Assembly (NCBI RefSeq): GCF_001194135.2
Contig: NC_068988.1
Coordinates: 90,656,918 to 90,701,716, forward strand
Direction: 5' to 3'
Origin: Octopus bimaculoides
Lineage: Eukaryota
Length of the DNA stretch: 44,799 nt
The notes beneath the pieces were generated by a model, which was not told the origin of the DNA, made no database searches, and worked only from the letters and a program-made list of their open reading frames with translations. Each line of letters opens with the position of its first letter. Position 1 is the stretch's first letter. Below, piece by piece: positions 1 to 10,274 of the stretch. A program made the translations under genes and the position numbers.

Positions 1-28
1 TATATATATATATATATATATATATATC
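1..28. repeat. (TA)n microsatellite
   Basis: Pure TA run at the window start. Confidence 0.95.
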
Positions 29-262
29 TAGCCCCCAATATAGTTCTTTAACACAGTCACTTACAAATGCCCGTTAGCAAACAGATTTCCTGGGAAAATA
101 AGACTGCTTTACTCAATTATTAACATTCGGATTTATTGACTTTCATTACGAATGTTGGAGAAGTGTCAGATGGTCTCATTTTAATTCTTGGCAAACTGAT
201 CTAAATTTCACCCCCCAGAACGACCTCGCCTTCTATTATATGTTCATTTAAATGGGTCATTC

Positions 263-465
263 AAGGCAGTGAATCATCAGCATGCGTAGCTAAATGCTTG
301 GAAGCATTTCGTCCATCTTTACGTTCTGAGTTCAAATTCCACCGAGGCCGACTTCGCCTTTCATCCTTCCAGGATCGATAAAACAAGTACCAGTTGAGCA
401 CTGGGTTCGATGAAATCGACTTATCTCCTCCCCGAACTTGCTGGCCTTATAGCAAAATTTGAAAC
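263..465 (+). mobile_element. tRNA-derived SINE, family A, with 18-bp TSD
   Basis: B-box-like GAGTTCAAATTCC 328-340; body GCCTTTCATCC..GATCGATAAA..AGTACCAG; perfect flanking repeat CATTTAAATGGGTCATTC at 245-262 and 466-483. Confidence 0.9.
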
Positions 466-700
466 CATTTAAATGGGTCATTCGAATTCCTGTTCCATTA
501 TAAAGCTCATTAATTAATTTTGTCTAAATTTCGCAATGACTTGCAACACAATACTTCTCTGCAAAGTCAAAATATAAGAGAGGCATTACTCCAGAATCAG
601 AACCATTTAGAAATTCTTTTAGTTAACTTTACATATTGTCTTTGTCATCACAACAATGAAATCCTTTCGGAAGTAAATGTTTCTCCATTAAATGCGTTGA

Positions 701-833
701 TTATTTTCCCGTTTGATGGCAGTTTAATGGCGCGCCGCTATTTCTCTTTATAAATTCCTTGTTTAATGTCAGTTTCATGGCTTGCCACTTTTTCTCTTGA
801 TAATTTCCTCGTTTAACATGCAGTTTAATGGCG
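701..833. repeat. Degenerate 50-bp-period tandem repeat (~2.6 units)
   Basis: 701-750, 751-800 and 801-833 align in register (GTTT.A..G.CAGTTT.ATGG.....TTTCTCTT). Confidence 0.7.
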
Positions 834-1946
834 AAGATCAAGAGAAAAAGCGGCATACCCTCAAGTGATTATGTAAACTGACCCTTGATGCTGCGGGGGG
901 TTTTCTTCCTGCCTGCACTCAGTAGTTTTAAAGTGGAAGACCAAGCAATCCGATCCCATTCTCTAGGTCTGGAGGTCTGATCACACTGTTTCAGCGAGCT
1001 AAGACAGCCGCGGTGACCAACAAGTTGTAGATTGTACATTGGAGTGGACTTCCTGGTGAATTGCTTTACAGAGCCAATGAGATCTACCTATCCTCGAGTT
1101 GCCGGGAGGGTGTCAAAGAGGGCACTGGACCGCTTGACCACTCTTTGATTTGCGATTGCGATTGACTCACCTAGCCTTTTCCTTTCACAAAGTAGTGAGA
1201 GTTTGTTTGGAGCTTCTTTCATAATATACTAATTTACACATTGCTGAGACCCTGACAGGTACTATTTCTCCGGGTAAGAATAGACTGGGAGGTGGCTCCA
1301 TACTCCTAAAACCCTGGTACTCTGGATGTGTTTTAAAATTCTTCGTTTATAGAACTGGTAACATTATTGTTAGGGGATAGTATTGTTTAGTCTTTGAAGT
1401 CTGAAATAAGCAAGCGCTCGTCAAAAAATTTTACTTATCTTTTCATATTCATTCGATGAAATCTCAGCACCATAGTCAACTTTTCTCTCTTCACCAACAC
1501 AGAANNNNNNNNNNNNNNNNNNNNNNNNNNNNNNNNNNNNNNNNNNNNNNNNNNNNNNNNNNNNNNNNNNNNNNNNNNNNNNNNNNNNNNNNNNNNNNNN
1601 NNNNNNNNNNNNNNNNNNNNNNNNNNNNNNNNNNNNNNNNNNNNNNNNNNNNNNNNNNNNNNNNNNNNNNNNNNNNNNNNNNNNNNNNNNNNNNNNNNNN
1701 NNNNNNNNNNNNNNNNNNNNNNNNNNNNNNNNNNNNNNNNNNNNNNNNNNNNNNNNNNNNNNNNNNNNNNNNNNNNNNNNNNNNNNNNNNNNNNNNNNNN
1801 NNNNNTTACGAAATCTTGCATGCTTTAATTTCAACTCTTATTAATAATTGCATTGTTTTTTTTTGTTTGTTTTTTTTTTCAAGTAAACTGACATCTGACC
1901 GTTTAAAGAAGACTTCCAAAGTAAGTAGTAGCGACTTCTCTTGAAA

Positions 1947-2260
1947 ATGGACAGAGTTTGGAATCGTGGTATTATCAAGTATCTGTAGAAAAGGTGTTTA
2001 GCCTCCAAAGACATTCATGCTGACATGGTCGCTACATTAGGGGATGATACTCCAGCTTTATCAACAGTGCAGAAGTGGGCAACTGAATTTAGAAGGGAGA
2101 GTCTTGACGATGACCCAAGGTCTAGATGACCTGCAACTGCCACCACCAAGGAAAACATTGATTGCGCTCGCCACTTGGTAACAGCTGACAAGTGATTGAT
2201 TATAAATAAAATAGCCAATGTTAGTAGCCTGTCCCACGAGAGAGTTGAGAATATTCGCAT
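1947..2260 (+). pseudogene. Mariner transposase N-terminal (HTH) fragment, decayed
   Basis: Translates MDRVWNRGIIKYL*KRCLASKDIHADMVATLGDDTPALSTVQKWATEFRRESLDDDPRSR*PATATTKENID; three in-frame stops. Confidence 0.9.
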
Positions 2261-2821
2261 AATGGGTTTTCAGATGTCTCGTGAATCCGGATCAGCACGC
2301 GAATTTTTTTCCCACGAGAGTTCCGGACCTCAGTAATGAACTCATTTGCATATGGCCAATCAGAGCAGAGCCATCTTTATCCTTTCTTCTTTTCTAATCA
2401 GCACCATGCATTCTTTACTCTTTCCTTCGTCTAGGTTAATGTTTAGTTTCCTTTTGTCATTGAACATTGAGATGGTTGTGAGATGTGCTAAAAATAACAG
2501 CTAAATAAGATTTTTTTGATAAATCTTTTAAATTAAAGTTTATTTACTAACAACTCGCTCAGAGATTTAAAACTAACTGTTTTTCTCTTTTAAATTAACA
2601 TAAACATTTATCTACATGAAAGAAAATGACTGCAGAACTTTCATCTAATTCTTCTAAATCTTTGTTAAAAATTGTAATGTGTTTATCGCATGTAACATAT
2701 TGTTCATCGCATTTGCATTAAACACTGGTGGTTGTGAGGTATGCTAAAAATTACAGCTAAATAAGATTTATTTACATGAAATAAAATTACCGGAGACATA
2801 ACACGTGTTGTTTACAAATAT

Positions 2822-2952
2822 TCTTTTCTACTCAAGGTACAAGGCCCGAAATTTTGGGGGAGGGGACCAGTCGATTAGATCGACTCCAGTACGCAACTGG
2901 TGCTTAAATTCATCGAGTCCGATAGGATGAAAGGCAAAGTCGACCTCGACGG
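2822..2952 (-). mobile_element. SINE family A, 5'-truncated
   Basis: Reverse complement of the family A body (GGATGAAAGGCAAAGTCGACCTCG); different 3' tail from the 263-465 copy. Confidence 0.8.
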
Positions 2953-3129
2953 AGTACTATTTTCAGAATATTGACAACAGTGTATTTATAAAACCTTCAA
3001 GCAGTTTCCGTACTTTAATTCAAACCTACCGCTATAACAAGCATATGTGTTTAGTATCAATGGTATTGGCATCTGAATGAGAGCACAGTACAAGATTCGC
3101 ATGTTAATTGGAGGTCGCCATTTTGAATG

Positions 3130-3437
3130 CCAACATTTGTTAACTTGACAAGGTGTAGGTGAGCTCTGATTGATTCTCGTGGGGAAAAAATTTGCCGGCG
3201 GCTCTTGCCGACTTTGCCGCATACATCACAAGTAAGCGGGTCTGCAATTACGAAATGAGCATGATTTGTTGATAGGCTGTCTATATTCATCCTGAGGTGA
3301 CTGAGTCCTGCGTTTTGGCGAGCATATTAGGCTACACTCGTGGCAAACAAACAGTAGAACAGCGAAGATTGCTTCTTCTTTCTTGAAGGCAGCTTTTTTG
3401 GTCTTTGCCCGGCTTATTGACTTTGCATGGAATGAGC
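3130..3437 (-). pseudogene. Non-LTR retrotransposon (RTE-like) ORF2 C-terminus with two frameshifted C2H2-type fingers
   Basis: AKTKKAAFKK..FVCHECSLIC/AGLSHLRM..LTCDVCGKVGKS/AG, split over frames; resembles the terminal finger of RTE ORF2; upstream lost in the gap. Confidence 0.55.
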
Positions 3438-4018
3438 NNNNNNNNNNNNNNNNNNNNNNNNNNNNNNNNNNNNNNNNNNNNNNNNNNNNNNNNNNNNNNN
3501 NNNNNNNNNNNNNNNNNNNNNNNNNNNNNNNNNNNNNNNNNNNNNNNNNNNNNNNNNNNNNNNNNNNNNNNNNNNNNNNNNNNNNNNNNNNNNNNNNNNN
3601 NNNNNNNNNNNNNNNNNNNNNNNNNNNNNNNNNNNNNNNNNNNNNNNNNNNNNNNNNNNNNNNNNNNNNNNNNNNNNNNNNNNNNNNNNNNNNNNNNNNN
3701 NNNNNNNNNNNNNNNNNNNNNNNNNNNNNNNNNNNNNNNNNNNNNNNNNNNNNNNNNNNNNNNNNNNNNNNNNNNNNNNNNNNNNNNNNNNNNNNNNNNN
3801 NNNNNNNNNNNNNNNNNNNNNNNNNNNNNNNNNNNNNNNNNNNNNNNNNNNNNNNNNNNNNNNNNNNNNNNNNNNNNNNNNNNNNNNNNNNNNNNNNNNN
3901 NNNNNNNNNNNNNNNNNNNNNNNNNNNNNNNNNNNNNNNNNNNNNNNNNNNNNNNNNNNNNNNNNNNNNNNNNNNNNNNNNNNNNNNNNNNNNNNNNNNN
4001 NNNNNNNNNNNNNNNNNN

Positions 4019-4250
4019 GGTGGCGAACCCTGCTGTACTCTTTCACCACAACTTTCTCTCACTCTTACTTCCTGGTTCTGTTGTGCGTGTAATTCAAAGG
4101 GTCAGCCTTGTCACACTGTGTCACGCTGAATATCCCTGAGAACTACGTTAAGGGTACACGTGTCTGTGGAGTGCTCAGCCACTTGCACGTTAATTTCACG
4201 AGCAGGCTGTTCCGTTAATCGGATCAATTGGAACCCTCGACGTCGTAAGC
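4019..4250 (+). mobile_element. SINE family C, 3' part (5' lost in gap)
   Basis: Near-identical to 35620-35850 of the full copy. Confidence 0.9.
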
Positions 4251-4268
4251 TGGATCTTATCTGTTGAC

Positions 4269-4269
<1 letters not shown>

Positions 4270-4299
<30 letters not shown>

Positions 4300-4340
4300 A
4301 TATGAATACATGTATGTATGTATGTATGTATGTATGTATG
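4270..4340. repeat. (CA)n + (TATG)n compound microsatellite
   Basis: Direct reading. Confidence 0.9.
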
Positions 4341-4568
4341 TCCGCTTAGTAAAGGAGGTATTCTAAAATTTATATGATAAAATAAGTATATTCTATTTGT
4401 GTTGTCATGTCATAAGGTAAAGAGAAATTAGCCTGAGAGAAATTAAAAGAAATTATGAGTGTTAGAAAGAAAAAGTGAGACAGACACTCTGTGAAGTAGA
4501 AAGAGGGTAGAAAAACGTTGGGGGTTAATTAGAGAGTATGGAGAACAAGAAAGAGAAAGAAATATTCG

Positions 4569-4777
4569 TTTCAAATGTTAGCACAAGGCAAGCAATTTCT
4601 GAGAAGAGGATTAGTCAATTAAATCGATCCCAATACTCAACTGGTATTTATTTTATCGACCCCGAAAGGATGAAAGGTAAAATCAACCTCGGCAAAATTT
4701 GAACTCAATATGCAATGACGGACGAAATATTGCAATGCATTTTGCCCAGCGTGACAACGATTCAGCCAGCACGCCTT
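4569..4777 (-). mobile_element. SINE family A, near full length
   Basis: Reverse complement of the head and body of 263-465; degenerate TSD AGAAATATT. Confidence 0.85.
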
Positions 4778-4797
4778 AGGAGAGAGAAATATTAATA

Positions 4798-5310
4798 CAA
4801 TACCGGACCAATTATCCGGTAAGCTTTGGACCGTAAGCGTCTCTGATTTCTGGATCTCCCCGTTTTATGGAGACAATCTAATTATATACTTCAAATGTAA
4901 ACTAAACTTTATAAAGTGCTAAACTATTTTTAACAGATTCAAATTAATAGACTTTTAAAAGCAAGGTCTAATTGATATTTATTAATCCACTTCAGGTTCT
5001 TAACGGGTACAACTTAATACACTTGTAAAGCAGAGAATGCTTAATCTTTATCAACCAACTTGAAAAAATAAAGAACATGATCTTATATAACAGATACAGG
5101 TACAAATAAATTCTAAAGCGGAGTATATTTAATCTTATCGACCCACTTGAAAATGTAAAGAACAAAACTAATTTAAACACGCCATATGCAAATGAACCAA
5201 CTTCAAAAAAGAACAGGGTCTCTTTACTTAGTATTGAGTACAGTACATCGAATGATATTGCATCATATAATTTCCTGATTTCTGGAAACCGGATAAGCAG
5301 TCCCGTACTG
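4798..5310. mobile_element. pogo/Tigger-type MITE (~513 bp)
   Basis: 22-bp TIRs CAATACCGGACCAATTATCCGG (4798-4819) and revcomp CAGTACGGGACTGCTTATCCGG (5289-5310), 17/22 match; TA on the left, CA on the right; subterminal CTGATTTCTGGA repeated near both ends; no ORF. Confidence 0.7.
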
Positions 5311-5593
5311 CATTGGATATGTGTTATGAGGGGGAGGGATGGGGATGAAGAGAGAAAAAGAGAAAGAGAGAAGCAGGATGAGGAAAGGGAAGTGAAAGTA
5401 GCAGATCGAAAGCGGAAGACGAGTTACGTTCAATGATGTAATGTGACGAAGAATGTTATGATTGGTCAGATGGTAACATCGACGACAATTTGTTTGAGAT
5501 CAAAGCGTAGTAAAGTGGGTAAATATGAGGAGGATCGTGAGTAAGAGAAAGAGGGATGGGGGATTGAAAACGAAGGCGAGTCATAGAAAGGGG

Positions 5594-5625
<32 letters not shown>

Positions 5626-5680
5626 AAGAGGAATAGGTGGGGAAGAAATGATAAAGGGAAGAGTTAAACAGAGAAGGAAT

Positions 5681-5766
5681 AGTAAGAGAGAAAGGAGGAG
5701 TAAGAGAGAAAGGAGGAGTAAGAGAGAAAGGAGGAGTAAGAGAGAAAGGAGGAGTAAGAAAGAAAG
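5681..5766. repeat. 18-bp minisatellite GAGTAAGAGAGAAAGGAG, ~4.5 units
   Basis: Direct reading; gives the spurious KRERRS / PPFSLT ORFs. Confidence 0.9.
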
Positions 5767-6221
5767 GGAAACACGACAGAGAGTGAAAAAATGAAAGGAA
5801 GAGAAGGACAAAATAATCAATCAGAAATGGCGAAAAGCGGAAGATTTGAGGAGAAAGAAAGAGAGAGGGTGAAGGAAACAGGAAAGACTGGAGAAAATGA
5901 AGAGAGTAGTGAAATTGAGAGAGAGAGATGACGATGAAAAATATATTACTAGAGAAGTAGAAAGCTAGGAGGTTTGGGAAAGAAAGACAGACACCGAGAG
6001 AGAAACAGTAAGTGAAAGTAAGAGAAATAAACAGTGTGTGCGCATGTCTGTGGTGTGTGTCACGTGACCTGATGTGGAGAGCAGACGACATATCAAGTGA
6101 CCACTATAGAAGCGATATGACACTACCATGTTATGATGTTTATCTGTTATTGATGCAGTTATGACATGTCATAACTTTGGTATTAGTAACAGATTAAATG
6201 TCAGAAATATATTGACTGTGG

Positions 6222-6450
6222 ATGGTAGGTAGGGCAGCGTTAGACAAAATACAGTGCAATAGTTAATTCATTAATTTTTCTGTTTTGAGTTCAAACTCCC
6301 GTCTAAGCCACTTTTTCATTCATCCTTCCAAGTTCATATAAAAATAATATACCATTCGAATAATAGACCTGCAGTCGATTTCGAAGGCTGAGCCCCAGAA
6401 TGACCACAGTTCAGTGACTGAAATCGCGACGCAAATAAAAGAACGAAAAG
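6222..6450 (+). mobile_element. Old SINE: family A head with family-B-like tail
   Basis: GAGTTCAAACTCC 6287-6299, TTCATCCTTCC, then GAAGGCTGAGCCCCAGAATGACCACAGT..GACTGAAA resembling the family B 3' end. Confidence 0.55.
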
Positions 6451-6684
6451 TGTAAAGTATTGTTTATTGTTGAAATATGTAGTGACTCCAGGAAGCAGAC
6501 ACACCTGTGTGTATTCTCCCCACCTCTACTTGCTCTCTCTTTCTTCAGCTCCTATCCCTATTATTTTCACTTTCTCTCAGAATTCTTCTGTCCTTGTTTA
6601 TTTCATTCTCTCTCGACCGAACTGTCTACCTACGTACCTACCTGCCTTCCTATCTATCTATCTATCTATATATATATATATATA

Positions 6685-6894
6685 CTCCTTTACTCTTTTA
6701 CTTGTTTCAGTCATTTGACTGCGGCCATGCTGGAACACCGCCTTTAGTCGAGAAAATCGACCCCAGGACTTATTCTTTGTAAGCCTAGTACTTATTCTAT
6801 CGGTCTCTTATTGCCGAACCGCTAAGTTACGGGGACGTAAACACACCAGCATCGGTTGTCAAGCGATGGTGGGGGGACAAACACAGACACACAA

Positions 6895-6925
<31 letters not shown>

Positions 6926-7086
6926 CATATATACGACGGGCTTGTTTCAGTTTCCGTCTACCAAATCCACTCACAAGGCATTGCTCGGCCCGAGGCTATA
7001 GTAGAAGACACTTGCCCAAGGTGCCACGCAGTGGGACTGAACCCGGAACCATGTGGTTGGTATGCAAGCTACTTACCACACAGCCA
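6685..7086 (-). mobile_element. tRNA-derived SINE family B (CORE-like segment, internal TA/CA microsatellite), young
   Basis: Minus strand: TGGCTGTGTGGTAAG (A box), GGTTCAGTCCC (B box), GGCACCTTGGGCAAGTGTCTT (resembles CORE), internal microsatellite, tail GGCGGTGTTCCAGCATGGCCGCAGTC..AAGTAAAAGAG. Confidence 0.92.
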
Positions 7087-7984
7087 TATATATATATATA
7101 TTCATTTATCTATCTATATATATATATATATTTACATACATACATACATACCTTTCATTCATTCTTTTTTCCTCTTTCCGTATCGTTCTCGCTATCTCTG
7201 GAATTCTCACTTTGGTTATTTTCCCCTCTTATTCCCAATCTTCTTCTCTATTAGCTTTCATTCTCTTTTATTTTTTTATCCCTTCTTTCCTTGATCCTGC
7301 TCTTTCTTCACCCCCACCCCACCTCTTTGACTCTTACTCTCTCTCTCTCCTGTACTCTTTCTCTGTTTCGTACTTGTTTACTCTGTTTATTTTTTGCTCC
7401 CCTCTATATCAAAGATTAACACGGAGAGAAACGTAATGTTACTATAGAATGAGAAAGCGGGGTAAACAGAAACAAGAAGTCAATTGAAAATGAAAGAATG
7501 AGTCAAGAAAGGAAGAGATACGATTTTGGAAGAAACGGTTGATAGGGGAGAAAAAATACGAACAAAAAATCAGAAAAATGAATGAATGAATGAATGAATG
7601 GAGAAGAGAAGAAAACTTAGAGGGAGAAAGTGAGAGAATGAAAGAGCAAAAGAATAGGAGAATGAGAGTGAATAAAAGAAAGGAAAAGACAGAGAAAAGA
7701 ATGAGAATGAGACAAAATACATATAATTTGAATGAAGACAAGAACAGAGGTGTTATAAGAGTGTGTTTAAAGAGCAAGGACAAAGTGCGGAAGCGGGGAT
7801 GGTGTGAGAAAATTTAACGAATTATATAATGGTAAAATAGAAAATGAGTGGCGTGAGAGAAGCGTAAAGAAAGAGAGGAAGGAAAATGATGGACGAGCAG
7901 AAGCAATGAGAGAAGGAAACAGGACAAAAGAAATATATCGTGTGTGTGTGTGTGTGTGTATGTATGTAGAGAGAGAGACAGAAG

Positions 7985-8019
7985 CAGACAGATAGATTGA
8001 TAGACAGACAGACAGACAA

Positions 8020-8070
<51 letters not shown>
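7985..8070. repeat. (GACA)n/(GATA)n microsatellite
   Basis: Direct reading. Confidence 0.9.
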
Positions 8071-8621
8071 CATTTCTTTTATTAGCCACACAGGGCTCAA
8101 CACGGGACAAAATACAAATGTAGTTTTTCTTTTCGAGGGGGGGCCANNNNNNNNNNNNNNNNNNNNNNNNNNNNNNNNNNNNNNNNNNNNNNNNNNNNNN
8201 NNNNNNNNNNNNNNNNNNNNNNNNNNNNNNNNNNNNNNNNNNNNNNNNNNNNNNNNNNNNNNNNNNNNNNNNNNNNNNNNNNNNNNNNNNNNNNNNNNNN
8301 NNNNNNNNNNNNNNNNNNNNNNNNNNNNNNNNNNNNNNNNNNNNNNNNNNNNNNNNNNNNNNNNNNNNNNNNNNNNNNNNNNNNNNNNNNNNNNNNNNNN
8401 NNNNNNNNNNNNNNNNNNNNNNNNNNNNNNNNNNNNNNNNNNNNNNNNNNNNNNNNNNNNNNNNNNNNNNNNNNNNNNNNNNNNNNNNNNNNNNNNNNNN
8501 NNNNNNNNNNNNNNNNNNNNNNNNNNNNNNNNNNNNNNNNNNNNNNNNNNNNNNNNNNNNNNNNNNNNNNNNNNNNNNNNNNNNNNNNNNNNNNNAATTT
8601 CGATCAAAAGGGATCGCGGAA
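8071..8621 (-). mobile_element. (GATA)n-embedded retroposon end (interior in gap)
   Basis: Minus strand ends TTGTCCCG..GAGCCCTGTGTGGCTAATAAAAGAAA then (TATC)n; GATA arrays on both sides; second copy at 42365-42452. Confidence 0.6.
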
Positions 8622-10001
8622 GATAGATAGATAGATAGATAGATAGTACAATGTGGGAGAGGGAAAGAGGTAGAAGTTGGACGAGAGCAGCAACCTCTGC
8701 GTGTGTGGCCAAGTTCAAACTCAATCATGTCTAAATGGAGTGTTGAGTGCATGTTTTTGTCTGGAACATTCTCAGCTCATCTGTAGCACTCGTCCCACTG
8801 GCTAAAGCCCAGAGCGATGCGAATAAAGGCCGAGAGACAATACGCAAGAAGGACAGAGAGGAGGTAGAGCATTAAAAAATGGAAGAGTATGGTGTGTATT
8901 AGAGAGAGGAAGAGAGACAAAGAGGTTAGGAAAGAAAATAATGAGACGTGATGGAGAGAAGAGAGTGTGAGAAGATCAAGGATAGAGTCTAGGTGACAGA
9001 ATAGAAATCAAAGTGAGAAGCAGTAAAAACATGAGAGAGAGAGAAAGAGAGAAGTGAGAGAGTGTGTAAAGGACAAAGAGGGGCGTACAGAAGGATAGAA
9101 AAAAAAAGTGGGAAAAGATGAGCGGAAACAATGGTGAAAAGCATAAGACACGAACTAAGGTAAGGTGCAGAATTAAACAATAACAAAGCGTGTAGGTAGG
9201 AGATGGGGAGGGGCGGACTAAGAGCGGTTGAGTGATAGGAGGAAAAGAATGGAGAAAGAGTATGTGAATAAGAGAGGGACAGACCCAGAGAGCTTGAGTG
9301 ACAGGAGGGAAAAGAATAGAGAAAGAGCACCAGAGCGAGGCAGAGGGAGAACAAAGAAGTTGAGTGATAGAAGAGATCAGAATGGAGAAAGAGTATGCGA
9401 ACGAGGAAGGGTTCAGCGGGGTGAAAAAGAAAGAGAAAACAAGACCGAGAGAATTGAGTGTTTAAGATAGAGAAGTAGGGAGTTAGAGGGAGATTAGGAG
9501 TAAAGAATAAGAGAAAAGGAGAGCAATAAGAAAGTGACGCATATAAAGTGATGGAAAAAGAAAGATAGGGAGAATAGTGTGAGAGAGGGGTTAATTTGAA
9601 CGATGCAAGCATTTGAAAGAGAAAGAGACGAATCGTCAGAGCCGTGAGAGAAGTATAGAGTGAAAAAGAAATTGCAACAAAGAGAGTGAGAGCATGAAAA
9701 ACATAGTAAGAGAGAGATAAGATATTGAGCGATAGAATTAGTGTATTAGAGATGGAGAGTGTGTGCTAGTGGCAGAGAGGGAAAGAGAGCAACAGAGCAG
9801 CTGTGAAGGAGAGTTAGGACGAGAAAATCTGAGTGAAACGGAAGGCAAAGCGACGTAAGTGTATTTCTATGTATATATGTATGTGTATGCATCAGTGTGT
9901 ACATGTGTGTGAGTGTGTGTAAGCGTGAAAGAGAAAGGGTGGGGGGGAAGCCTAAAGATGGTTTTAATGCAAAATGGAACAATATTGCTTTTTTTTATTT
10001 A

Positions 10002-10135
10002 TTGGCACAATACCTATAATTTAGGGGTGAGGTTATAGTTGGTTTTCTCGACCCCCAACTCTTTAAATAATGCTGTATTTTATCGATTCCACGGGAAAAA
10101 ATGAAAAGCGTAGTTGGTTTCAACGGAATTTGAAC
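10002..10135 (-). mobile_element. Highly decayed SINE family A fragment
   Basis: TCGACCCC..TTTTATCGA..ATGAAAAGCG..GGAATTTGAAC residual motifs. Confidence 0.45.
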
Positions 10136-10210
10136 AAAAATATATTACAACTGGATATAAGAGTGTGAGTGTGAGCAAAGGAGGGAGTTAGAGTTTGTGG
10201 AAAGCACAAG

Positions 10211-10274
<64 letters not shown>

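Noticed and set aside
900-1330. Exon or structured RNA in the GC-richer unique patch
   Set aside because: No open frame with a recognisable motif and no complete ribozyme core; probably an unrecognised old repeat.
3057-3437. Host C2H2 zinc-finger gene (a family expanded in octopus)
   Set aside because: Only two frameshifted fingers, no TGEKP linkers, and preceded by a basic stretch typical of a LINE ORF2 end.
5681-5766. CRISPR-like or coding repeat
   Set aside because: Spacer-less 18-bp purine minisatellite.
6059-6068. GTCACGTGAC E-box/CLEAR site, and TGATGTAAT/ATTGG at ~5430-5465, as a promoter
   Set aside because: Short motifs expected by chance; no linked exon.
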